Origin: Podarcis filfolensis
Taxonomy: Eukaryota
DNA length: 64,000 nt
Strand: one strand, 5' to 3'
Assembly: GCA_964270895.1 (NCBI GenBank)
Contig: OZ185437.1
Below, piece by piece: positions 25,906-37,750 of this stretch (its first letter is position 1; each line of letters begins with the position of its first letter). Made by a program: the position numbers and the translations under genes. The notes under the pieces were generated by a model. That model did not search any database and had not been told where the DNA came from. It saw only the letters and a program-made list of their open reading frames with translations.

Positions 25906-26989
25906 AGCATCACCATGAGGAGGCATTGGGAAGATTAACCTAAGTTTGTTGTGTTGTCAGAGCTTGAGAAACTGTTATGCTTGACTTCAGCTTGATTCAA
26001 ACAAGTAATGGATTATGAAGCTGGGTGGTTTAAACAAGCCATCATTTAGATTAGCCACAGTTTAGGGTTTGGACAACATGCTAAACTGTGGTTAATCAAA
26101 GCAAAAGCCTTCATGTGGCCATACTGTGACTCCAGGGCTCATTACTCATACTTTAGCTTGATGTCTAAATGTAGCCATATTCTGTCTCTCACCTAGATTA
26201 TAGAGTTCTAGGACACAAAACCTCCATGTGAGTTTTAGGGTACTCAGTTTAGTTTAGAAAATAAAAGACTAAAGGTAGATTTGAAAAACACATTCCTTTT
26301 TTTTAAAAAAGGTGGAATAATTTCTCTTCAACTGAGGATAGCAGACAAAGCAAACAATGCTAAAATGCAATGAAATAAAATGTGAACATAAGGAGGAACT
26401 TCTTATATGGTCAAGACAGCTGCAGAATCTTCTTTGTGGGCATTTAAGAAACATTTGAAATAAGTTGCTGTTTCTGTTTTCAGGTGGGAAACATGCTACC
26501 CTTCAGGGCAGGGAGTTTGGGCTGCATGATCAATATTGTACTTCTAAATCAATCTAAGCAAATTTTTTAATGAAAGTATAGTATAGTACTATTGATTTCC
26601 ATAAAACTTGCTTCTCGTTATTTAATGTCCTTAGGATCACATTCTTTGATTGATTTATATTATCACTGGGTAAAGTCATGTATCAATTTATTATTTGAAA
26701 ATGAGAGCACTTTCTGTGAGGCTCATTGATTACTAGTCTATAAACTGTTATTTTATAATGGAGTTTAAAATGATTTAATGAGATACATTCTTTATTTCAA
26801 AGATGACCAACCTTTCAATGTTAGGCTTTTGATTTTTTAACCGTTGTACAGGGGGAAATTTCAGCAGGAGCAGCTTATCTAGTCACAATCTGCTGCTATT
26901 AGAAATGCTGCATCTGCTAAAATCCTCTTTTCTATATAACGAGTGGTCAAAAGTTTAGTTATTCCTATTTTCTTTCCTACTGGAACACC

Positions 26990-26992
<3 letters not shown>

Positions 26993-27035
<43 letters not shown>
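26993..27035. repeat. (AG)n microsatellite
   Basis: Read directly. Confidence 0.95.
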
Positions 27036-27042
<7 letters not shown>

Positions 27043-27084
27043 TGAATTGCAAATTGAAATTTTTCTTAGGTTCCAGTATTGAAT

Positions 27085-27165
27085 TCCAACTTCCATTAAC
27101 CTCAGCCAGGGATGATGGGAGCTGTGGTCCAGCAACATCCGGAAAGCACCTTGTTAGCTACTGTG
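27085..27165. mobile_element. Degraded MITE (gggatgatgggagctgtggtcc family)
   Basis: agggatgatgggagctgtggtccagcaacatccggaaagcacc resembles the right half of the 18824 MITE. Confidence 0.6.
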
Positions 27166-27707
27166 ATCCAGTAACATTTAGTGAATATATTCAGATTAGA
27201 GTAAAGCTGAATATTATTTCTCTCCTAACACTTTCAGAGGCCATTGATCACTTGCAAAAGCTATGAGGGCATTTCTGGTAACTTTAAGAGGCGTTGTAAA
27301 AAATTGTTAATTTTCAGGGGAAGCTTACTACTATTAAAAACCAAACAGCAGAGTTTTGTCTTCCTTAACACCCTCCATCAATTTAGAAGAGAGGAGTAAT
27401 GCTTCCTATCTCAATGGATATAGTAGTCCAGTTATCCCAATTTGATTCAGGATGACCCAACTGAAACAATTATACATCATGATGTCTTTCCTGGGCCCCT
27501 AACTTGCTATGGCAGTAGGGAACTCACAGAAGGGTTTTTTGGGGGGCTGGGGGGGTGTTTCAAACTCTTCACGGTCCTGCTGGCATTATTGGGAAATGAC
27601 AAGGTTATTGGGAAATGAAAGTGTTAGGAGAGAAATAATATTCAGCTTTACTCTAATCTGAATATATTCACTAAATGTTACTGGATCACAGTAGCTAACA
27701 AGGTGCT
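27145..27707. repeat. Perfect 92-bp inverted repeat (27145-27236 / 27616-27707), 379-bp spacer
   Basis: Base-by-base comparison shows exact reverse complementarity. Confidence 0.97.
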
Positions 27708-28098
27708 CTGAACTGGACGGAGTTTAAACAAGGCCGTTTAAACTTCTTAGGGTCATTTCATGGCACATACCAGTATTTATTAATTTAAGTATATATACTT
27801 CAGAATTGTTCAAGACACCCAACAAAAATTCCTGATTAAAAAGTTGAATACAACAGAATACAATAGGTCCTTCGTGTAACCACAGTAATAATAGTTACGA
27901 TGTAAACTACCCCAGGGCTCCAACATCATGGGACTAGTCCTCTTGATCCTCTGTAGCACCATATATGATGACACCTAACATTACAAAAGCAAGGGATAAA
28001 AAAGCAGGCCATGGTTATTAATACGCAGTGTTGAGATTGCAGTTAGAGGTGGCATTCCTTGCTTTTTGAGCCAGCCAGTGTTTTTAACCAGTTTCATA

Positions 28099-28440
28099 AA
28101 GGTAAAGGTAAAGGGAACCCTGACAATTAAGTCCAGTTGCAAATGACTCTGGGGTTGCGGTGCTCATCACGCTTTAAAGGCCGAGGGAGCCGGCGTTTGT
28201 CCGCTTCTGCAGACAGTTTTTCCGGGTCATGTGGCCAGCGAAATCAGAGCAGCGCATTTACCTTCCTGCTGGAGCGGTGCCTATTTATCTACCTGCACTT
28301 GACGTGCTTTCGAACTGCTAGGTTGGCAGGAGCTCGACCGAACAACGGGAGCTCACCCCGTTGTGGGGATTTGAAGTGCCGACCTTCTGATCGGCAAGCC
28401 CAAGGCTCAGTGGTTTAACCCACAGCGCCATCCACATCCC
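28099..28440 (-). mobile_element. Sauria SINE
   Basis: Tail aaggtaaaggtaaaggg, head cccacagcgccatccacatccc. Perfect 14-bp TSD taaccagtttcata (28085-28098, 28441-28454). Confidence 0.96.
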
Positions 28441-31400
28441 TAACCAGTTTCATAGTATAGGCCAAATGCTGCAGTAGGAAGACAAGTGGAGATGTGGGAT
28501 TCTGAGAAATGAAAAATTTCCCCATTGTATTAGAGTTACAGAAACATATGTGAGAAATGACTTTGAGTTGATCCTTGGTGAACATATCTCCTTTTCTAGA
28601 TGGCCAAAGGATTGTGCAATGAAGCCAGAAAAGTAAAAAACTGGCTCAAGCTCAATCAAGAGAGATATTTTTGTTTGCCAATAAAGTTACAGCTGTTTGC
28701 TTTTACTGGGACTCTAAGCATGTATTTAAAAAAACAAAAACAAAACAGAATGCGAGGAATTGTTTCATGCCTTGAGAAAGCCTCCACGAACAGCAGCATT
28801 TTAAGCATCTCTTCCGTAAATGTTCTTAAGACTTATCACACACAGAAACACACAGAGAGAGAGATTCATAAAACGTGAGTGATCTGATTTGTGCCAAAAT
28901 TGAAATTGTTCTGCTTCCAAACTGTTTGAACATTAGGCAAAATATTTGTGTCATGACTATTTAACCTGACTCCATGTGCTGCCAGGACAGGCACAGATGG
29001 GGAGAAGATAGAGGCTGATGCATTCAGTACCCTCCCAGCCTGAGCAGGGGGCTTTTCCACCTTCTTCTGACTCTTGGGAAGTAACATCAGCATCTCCTCT
29101 ATATCATCAGAATCAGTGGCTACAGAACCAGGCATCAGTCCTTCAAAATAAACACAGACCACTCTTCCAAGGACATCATGCCAACAGCCATACAGGCCTT
29201 GCCAGACTTCAGGGGAAATCATTTCTAGATACAAGGAATGGCTGTGCTTCAAGCTTTGTTTAGGAACTGATTAGGTTGCAGTGACTAATGTTGATGCCCA
29301 AGACTGGTACGAGCTGTAAGTGTTGTCAAACTGATTTGGAATAGTGACCACAGCCCTATACAATTCAACATGCGTGTAAGTAGAAAGTTATCAAGGAAGT
29401 AAAAAAACAATGCTATTTAAAATTAAAGTTGAAAGGGGAAAGCAAGAAAGTGAAAACAATTCAGCATTTTGGGAGACCATTTAAAAATACAGCAATAAAA
29501 GCCTTATACCATAAATTAGGAAAGGCATGAACTAGCTAAAAAGCCTGCCAGCATGAACACAGTCAAAAAACCAATGACAGGTAAGAAAGACTCCATTAAT
29601 GAAATGGAAGAGGACAGACAGGAGCAAACCCTGACAAAATAAGTATAAGCTGGTGATAAGTCAAGTCAAAAAGGGAGGGAGGGAGGGGAGAATTTGAGAA
29701 CCATATTGATGAAAATATTTTTAAAAACCAAAACCTTTTTTAAAAGATCAGCCAGACAAAGAAATTAAATGCTTGTTAAAGGGTAGATTGCAGAAAAGTA
29801 ATTCTATAGCCTTTTGCTAGAGTAAACGTTGAATAGATGCTCAGTTCTGAACTGCTTTTGTACATAGGAACAATTCATACTTCAGCAATTTTCCTTGAAA
29901 ATAGCTATAAGTAGATAGGAGTGCTGTGACATTATGGGCAATATCCAGTTGTGGCAGTCCACTCAGACAACAGCCAGTTTGCTAGCAGGATCCTTGTTCT
30001 TAGCGTAGCTAAATCCAGTGAGCATCTTCTCAGAATTGCAAAATATGCTGCTAACCTCTAATACAATAACTATTATTATTTTCAATTACATACTCAGTGA
30101 CAGTTTTTTAATTTTTAAAAATTCTAATAATTCTATTTTATAAGTATACATACTTATGTATGTACATACAAAAAACACAGAGAATACAACAGCCTCCATA
30201 TCCTGCACTCATATGATCCCTGTGGTATCAGGTTGTATGTCCACATATTAGTTTTGAACATTACAAGAAAGAGATGTTTAGAGCATTCAGCATCCAGGAG
30301 GCCAAATGGAAACTGGTCACATGCACAAGTTCCAGCTTTGTGAGATGACAAGAAGCCCCTATATCATGAGCCCATGATATCCAAATCTGAAAATATGATT
30401 TTGGCTGTTTGTCATCAAGTCCAGTTTCATTGGTATATGAAATAAATAGCTGCTAAATAGCTTTTCTCTTCTTTTTGAGACTTTTATATCATGTTATCTT
30501 CTCAGCAAGAGCCAATAGTCAAACATTATACTGTAAATTGATAGTCCATACTTAAGCTTATACAATAGTAGACTCAAACTTCTTACACTAACAATATGTT
30601 GGATTTCACCTTGTGTACTTGGGCTGCTGTCTGTAGGCTTCTCACCTTGTTGCTTCAAAAATACTTTATCACCCTTCTTTTAAAAGCCTCTGTTGTTTGG
30701 TAATAATGTTGTGGTTGTTTCCTTAGTCTTGTTCTATCCGAAAATCAATAAAATATGGTTTTAAATAAAGCCTGTGTCTGAGGAATGAACAGAGAATCCT
30801 GATGTGGAACATTCCTTTCGCAAGTCAAGACAGCAATCAACAGTGTGAGTGAATTCTGCTACTAGGTTGTTGCTGTTGTTGTTTTTTTAAAAAAACTTCT
30901 TTCTTGCAACAGCAGGCGCTGCCTAGAGTAAGCTGGTAATGTAATCTAGGCCATGTGGGAGAAACCCATAAAGTGCCTTCTTCTTATAACAACATTGCTC
31001 TGGTTGCCAGGAGAAGCATCGCTGGGATGGAAAAAAGTAGACACAGCATGGCCTCTTTCCATTTGACCTAGATTGTAGGGCATGACTGAAGCAGCGCAGG
31101 AGGGGAAGGCAGTGAAGAAGCTCTGGTAGCACAAAAACAAGGCTGACAACCACTCAGCACAAGGGTTGTGTTCCCTCTGAGACACCTTACAGGAACCACA
31201 TGCTGGTGCTGGCTGGAGCCAGAGGCAGAAGAAGACGATCAATTGTACTTTTGTATATAGTTGGTCAGTTCCTACACACACTCACACACCCATCTCTAGC
31301 CTCTATCCAGGGAAGCAAGAACTATTGCCAGAGTTGAAAGACACATCCCAGCCAAGCAAAACCACTCAGAGAGAGTATGACACAGGGGCAGGAGGAAGTG

Positions 31401-31562
31401 CAGCTGGAGAGGGATTAAGGCTGGGGAGTCCCAGTGGCCAGGCAGATAGGCTTTGGGGGGCCACATAGGGACCCCAGGCCTGAGGTTCCGCGTCCCTGCA
31501 ACTAAAAGTAACATCAGGAGGGCCTCCAAAATTCTGTTCCTCCTGAAAATCTCAGAACCTAC

Positions 31563-31640
31563 CTGTTGTGAAATATATACGAATGCCAGGGCCACATGGA
31601 GAGCTGGTTTCCTGGCTTTCTTGAGTCTTGGCTGACTCGG
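31563..31640 (-). other. Candidate 78-nt internal exon, gene unknown
   Basis: Acceptor ctctcattcttcaatttatttatttcag, donor cag|gtaggt. All three frames open; no product recognised. Confidence 0.3.
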
Positions 31641-33054
31641 CTGAAATAAATAAATTGAAGAATGAGAGATGATCCAAGCTAGCTCATCCCAGCCACACTC
31701 ACTGGTGATTTCATTGTTTTAATTTTCCTACCCTCTTGCTAGGAAATAGAATGAAATGTTGATGCATTTCAATCCCTTTCTCTTTCTCTCTCTCACACAT
31801 ACATTAAAATCACAGTACTGTATCGCCAGATAGGTGGTGGTGATATTCCTTATTAAAATACAAATACTGTAATTACAGTTTATATGTGATTATCCTGAGT
31901 CTGCACAGAATGACTTTAAACAGCCAAACAGCCATTAATTTTACTGTTCAAAGAGACGCTCATAATCTTTTAAAAATGTCATATAAAATATTCATTTCCA
32001 AATGCCCTACGGTGATTTTGGAATTTATTTAAAGTGGGCTGTTGATAGCTCTTTTATAAATAAGCAATTACAGTACACTAAAAATATCATGGCCCATCAC
32101 ATTATACATTCTATAATTTCATGGATGAAAGGCCTAAAGCTGATCTGCATAAATGTGGCGTGCCTCTCAGCAGGTGAAGGGTTTGATTGCACATGATAAT
32201 CAGAGTTATTATTTATAGTAACCATTTATACCTGTTATTTATTAAAATGCTGTAAATCGTATATTGATTTCTTGCAGGAAGTCACCATGGCTTGGCTGAA
32301 AAGTAAGCATAATAATACTTCAGTACTTTTCATGTTCTTGTCCATGCTGCTAGTTTGAGCCTAGTTTTGACCCATAATAGATTAAGATTGTTTTAAGAAA
32401 GTTAGCAGAGCAGAGATTTCATTAAAATAAGGCAGTGATTGCAGGCCAGTTTCACTGACAGGTACTTTCTCAAGTGATAATAGATTATATATGGTGTGCC
32501 ACTGTTCAATGTGCCTCTGTTTGATAATTTAATTTATGAGATTTGTGGTCCAAACTCAGGACATATCAAATCTTCCTGGGAAGTGGCATTGGTCTTCTTA
32601 TCAAAACTCTTTTAACTTTCCTCCAAATTATTCAGATTAGGATAATGATGATTATCTGTGCATGAACATGCTGCAAATTTCACTTCAGGTGAAATCTGGT
32701 GATCCCTGTAGGATCCTCTTAATACATCCTGAGAGTCTCATAGGCACTTTTTAAACTTTCTTCTTCTCAGTTTCTCAAAAATTCCCAAATGTATAACTTT
32801 GAAAATGTTCCTTTACATGAGGGGTATAGACCTGTTTGGCCCAAATGCCACATTGGGAGTTGACCAACCATCTGAGATCTGCATGCCAGTGGTGGGCAGG
32901 GCCAAAGTGGACAACACACATGCATTTTTGTGTGTGCCCACACTCCCCTCCCTCATACAGACCCCCCCAACATTTATGCTCACCACACATACATACCATA
33001 TAAAACACTCTCTTTTTAATGCAGCATACATACAGACTAAACACTCTCGTTTGG

Positions 33055-33407
33055 AAAAGGTAAAGGTAAAGGGACCCCTGACCATTAGGTCCAGTCATGA
33101 CCGACTCTGGGGTTGCGGCACTCATCTCGCTTTATTGGCCGAGGGAGCCGGCGTACAGCTTCCGGGTCATTTGGCCAGCATGACTAAGCCGCTTCTGGTG
33201 AACCATAGCAGCACACGGAAATGCCGTTTACCTTCCCGCTGGAGCGATACCTATTTATCTACTTGCACTTTGACATGCTTTCAAACTGCTAGGTTGGCAG
33301 GAGCAGGGACCAAGCAACGGGAGCTCACCCCGTCGCGGGGATTCGAACCGCCGACCTTCTGATCAGAAAGTCCTAGGCTCTGTGGTTTAACCCACAGCAC
33401 CACCCAC
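33055..33407 (-). mobile_element. Sauria SINE (left copy of tandem pair)
   Basis: Full body, intact B box (ggattcgaacc on +), 5' end slightly short. Confidence 0.95.
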
Positions 33408-33754
33408 TTTAAAGGTTAAGGTACCTCTGACCGTTAGGTCCAGTTGCAGAAGTCTCTGGGGTCGTGTGCTCATCTCGCTCTATAGGCCGAGGAAGCTGGT
33501 GTTTGTCCGCAGACAGCTTCCGGGTCATGTGGCCAGCATGACTAAGCCGCTTCTGGCGAACCAGAGTGTTTACCTTCCCACTGGAGTGGTACCCATTTAT
33601 CTACTTACACTTTGAAGTGCTTTCCAAGTGCTAGGTTGGCAGGAGCTTGGACTGAGCAATGGGAGCTCACCCCATCGTGGGGATTTGAACCGCCGACCTT
33701 CTAATCAGCAAATCCTAGGCTCTGTGGTTTAGACCACAGCGCCACCCGCGTCCC
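33408..33754 (-). mobile_element. Sauria SINE (right copy of tandem pair)
   Basis: Ends with complete head gccacccgcgtccc. TSD tctcgtttgg (33045-33054, 33756-33765) flanks both copies together. Confidence 0.95.
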
Positions 33755-33765
33755 TTCTCGTTTGG

Positions 33766-33815
33766 TAGGGTTGCCCTATGTCCGAGTTTTTCTTCTTTGG
33801 AATATGGCGACCCTA
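33766..33815. mobile_element. 50-bp remnant MITE (tagggttgcc TIR family)
   Basis: tagggttgcc...ggcgacccta inverted termini; no TSD seen. Confidence 0.6.
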
Positions 33816-34646
33816 AAAAGGAGCCACATTGCCACTGAGTAATCAATGAGAAAGAGGACCCAGCATTGCAGGTGGCAGCTTAGAGAATAAAGTAAGAACC
33901 CACCCCACCCGCGGGCAAGGCTGGGGAGGGGGTGCATTTGGCAGAGTTGTCCCTGCATCTGTGACAATGGAGTGACACAAGCATCACTCCACTGGTGCAG
34001 CACTCCCCCTTCCACCCCCTGAATATGTAGGACATGTAGTAATGCTGTCAGGATGCTCACCACTGATAGCCAGGAGAAGACCTTGAAACAGGGTGTTCCA
34101 GAGTCTAGAACAAGGTCATGTCTGAGCCAGACCATTGGCTCCTGAGCTGGTCTCACTGCTGTCATGTGACAGCTCAAGCCCAATCACTTTGCCAGGTCGA
34201 ATCTGGCACAGTGAACTTACTGCACGCCAGGTTTGGATTGCATCCTAACAATTGCTATTATGGTACAGGCATTCACAAACTAAGGCCAACCTCATCAGGT
34301 GAAAGAATCTTGAGAGGTGTGACTTTTTCTGGCACATGTACTGCAGTAAAAGAAGGCACCACCAGGCCAAACTTCTCCTTGCCATTCAGCTGTCAAAAGC
34401 AAAAGAGAACTGTACAAGAGAAAAGTGCATGCCAGTATGTTTTTTTAATTAAAAAAATAATACATACCTGTCATAGTCAAGTATTTTACAGTGTCCTATT
34501 TCAGGCAAGGTATTTGGGCCTAACTCAGGAGAATCAGGTAAACTGTGCTTATCACACAATTTCAGGAACAATGGCCTGATCAATCAAATTCAAGCAAACT
34601 TAATAGGCACACAAATTGCAATTACATTTTGTTAATCAGTAGGGTC

Positions 34647-34667
34647 TATTATTATTATTATTATTAT
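34647..34667. repeat. (ATT)n microsatellite
   Basis: Read directly. Confidence 0.9.
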
Positions 34668-36066
34668 TTAATGAGAATGATTGGAACTGAAGAAGACAAT
34701 GATGAGTTGGCATTGTACGTCTTTGCTTTCTTTCAACAAAATGTTCCTTGTGTGCTCTTCTGAGAAGAATACAGTCATGCTTTGACATGAAAAGGGAGCT
34801 ATTGTCAATGAGCTATGCAATCTATTCACTCCCTTATTGTAAGGCCTTCTCACATTTGCTACAAAGAGGCATTTTCCCCTGCTAGACCAATCCAAATGCC
34901 CTGCAAGCTTCTGACTGCTGCCTTGTTGTGGCACACTGTGAATCCCATGACTGTTGCTGCTGCTGCTGCTGAGCAATATGGAAGCTTCTCTGCATGAATG
35001 ACCTCCAGACAAAGTTCAGGAGGTAATGAGAGCTCTGGTCACGATGAACCTGATGACATTTCCTTAGAATGAAGCGTTTGAAGACACTTGGCCAGTCTAT
35101 TACCAGAACCTCAAGTTTGATCAACAGCCCAGTTTGAGCTCGAATATTAATGAGTATTTAGTGTGTTTATGAGTCACCCTAGAAACTCCTGTCACCCCAG
35201 AAGCTTATAGAATTAAGCTTCTTTAGTGTCATTTATTTACTTCAGTTGGTCAAAATGTGGCTCAGATGCAAGTTCTTGGACCCCACTGGATTCTGGGCTG
35301 GTTTGCTGCAGTGTTTAGCCACATGTACACTCAACTGTACATAAATCTAACCTATGTTACTTCTGACCATGAGCAAATTGTTCAGCACACAATGAGGCAG
35401 ATTGGGTGGCAGGGGGGCATTTAAATCTGGGACACCCATTTGATCAATTGACTTGTAGCTGGCTGCAGTGCATCCTGGATTCACAGTGTGTCAGTTTTTG
35501 AGTGTATGACTTTGTCCTAAATTGGAGTTATACAGAGCATACCTAAGCCAATTCTTTGAAAGAAGTTGTCCCTTGATAAATTTAAGGTAAGAGCACAATG
35601 CAATGCAGCTTGACATGCCTAAATTGCTCTCAAAACCCAGGTGTGTTTCCTTAGCCATGCACTAAAGAAGTTTCTGCATGTTGCTCAAAGTAGAAAAATA
35701 GGTCAAATTCAATGGCATGTGTGTTGTGTATGAAACCTACAGTGCTTATACACACACACTAGGGGTAATGTAAGTTGAGCAGTTAATGTGCATAACAACC
35801 AGTCATTATGCACATTCTCCAGGCCTTGTGTACACTTCATTAAAAAGGAATGCACACGTTTTTGTCAATACAGATATTCTCCTATAGGCCTTGGCAAATC
35901 TGCACATCTTAATGGCATTTTGTGTATTCTCCAGGCAGAATGCCTGATCAGTACACAGAGTTTTTTTAAAAATACTGTTTTCTACCTTTAGTTCAGAGAT
36001 TCTGTGCCTTTCTTCATGCTTCCTCTGGCCCACTAATCAATTTTACATGGCCCACAAAATACTCAC

Positions 36067-36130
36067 CTGCTGATCATGTTGAGCACATCCATGTTATTTA
36101 ATCCCAGAAAAAAAATCCACTTGTGGGCAT
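36067..36130 (-). other. Candidate 64-nt exon, gene unknown
   Basis: Acceptor ttttctgcattaag, consensus donor cag|gtgagt. One open frame, AHKWIFFLGLNNMDVLNMIS. Confidence 0.28.
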
Positions 36131-36703
36131 CTTAATGCAGAAAATTGCAGCGTAAAGTGATGAAATGTGTAAAAATTACAGGAGTGTCGAAATAAAGTGG
36201 CAAATTTCTTTCCTGCTGTATTCATGGGGGAATCATGGGGGAGCAGCAGAAAAGGTGGGGGACTAGTGACATTGCATACCCTTGTGCGGTGCCTCAAAAC
36301 TTGCTTTTTGGGGATGGGGGCAGAATCACGGTAAAATATTGTGTGAGATCACGGTGTCCAATATGGCCACTGTTCTCTTCCAAGAAAAAGCTGGAAGATG
36401 GCATCTCAGAATTTGCCGTTGTGGTGTTGGAGGGGTGACATTTTCCAGTGGTATTTGTTATTGTGTCACACTATGCCCACTGATGCGAACAAAATTTAGT
36501 ACAGCGTGCCAGTATCAAAACCCCATCTTCCTACAACACAACAGGTACTGTGGTATGAAAAACACATTAGAAAATGGGAAGAAGCACTAGCATTATAATC
36601 AGGAAAACTAATACAATACACATCTGACTATACCCAGAAACTAAGGAGAAGGAAGCTGAGGAGCAGTGCTACCCCTTGGAATGGTTGTAAATAGAAAGGT
36701 TGG

Positions 36704-37750
36704 ATATGATTAAATGGGCACAAGATGTTGGACATAACATTATGTTTGCTGACTGGGAACAGTTGTGGACCACCGGTATGAAATTTACGGCATGTAATGC
36801 CTTAAGAGAGAATATTATGAAAATGATATACAGGTGGTACATGACCCCAGTCAAGCTTGCAAAAATATATCACCTGCCTGATAATAAATGTTGGAAATGT
36901 AAAGAAACTGAAGGTACATTCTTTCACCTTTCGTGGACGTGCCCAAGGATTAAGGCTTTCTGGGAAATGATTTATAATGAAATGAAAAAGGTATTTAAAT
37001 ATACCTTCCTGAAGAAACCAGAGGCCTTTCTTCTGGGCATTGTCGGCCAATTGGTGCCAAAGAAGGACAGAACTTTTTTTATGTACGCTACAACAGCAGC
37101 AAGAATACTTATAGCAAAGTATTGGAAGACACAAGATTTACCCACTCTGGAAGAATGGCAGATGAAGATGATGGACTATATGGGACTGGCAGAAATGACT
37201 GGCAGAATCCGGGACCAGGGAGAAGAGGCGGTGGAAGAAAATTGGAAGAAATTTAAAGACTATCTACAGAAATATTGCAAAATTAATGAATGTTAGAATG
37301 ATGTTGGATAGAAATTAAGTGGTTTCCAGCTGTAATGCTTTAAGAATATGGAAGAAGGGTATAATTAGGTAAAAAAAATAACTAAAATGGTGTTGGATTG
37401 GAAATAAGTGGTATTGGCAACAAAGTTAATAAGAATATGCAAAAAATGAATTGATAATGGATGAAAATACTGTTATAAAATGTTAAGTTATAGAGATAAG
37501 ATAAATGAAAGAGGGTAAGGATTTGCTGATTTGATTATTTAAATGGGAATACAAGAAGGGGAGGTGTGAGGAAGTCAAAGAAACAAGCAAATGAGTTTTA
37601 TGTTATGAAAAACAATTGTTTTTAATTTTTCTTGTTTTTTCTGTATGTTTTTTTTACTTATCTTTTTATTTTTTATTTTTGTTCTTATTATTATGTGTTT
37701 TTGTATATTTGTCTTTGTAAAATCTTAATAAATATTTCTTTAAAAAAAAT
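36704..37750 (+). mobile_element. L1-clade LINE, 5'-truncated (ORF2 C-terminus, 3' UTR, A-tail)
   Basis: Open 198-codon frame to 37296 with the CCHC knuckle CWKCKETEGTFFHLSWTC typical of L1/Tx1 ORF2; A-rich end. 12-bp TSD tagaaaggttgg (36692-36703, 37751-37762). Confidence 0.95.

Noticed and set aside
32799-33362. 187-aa plus-strand ORF
   Set aside because: Its second half is the antisense reading of a Sauria SINE. The same peptide text (TIRSSHDRLWGCG...) recurs at 48361-48576, so it is repeat-derived.
34215-34390. Minus-strand segment with strong acceptor and gtaagt donor (LNGKEKFGLVVPSF...)
   Set aside because: All frames contain stops before the donor. It cannot be distinguished from a pseudo-exon and shows how often such signals arise by chance.
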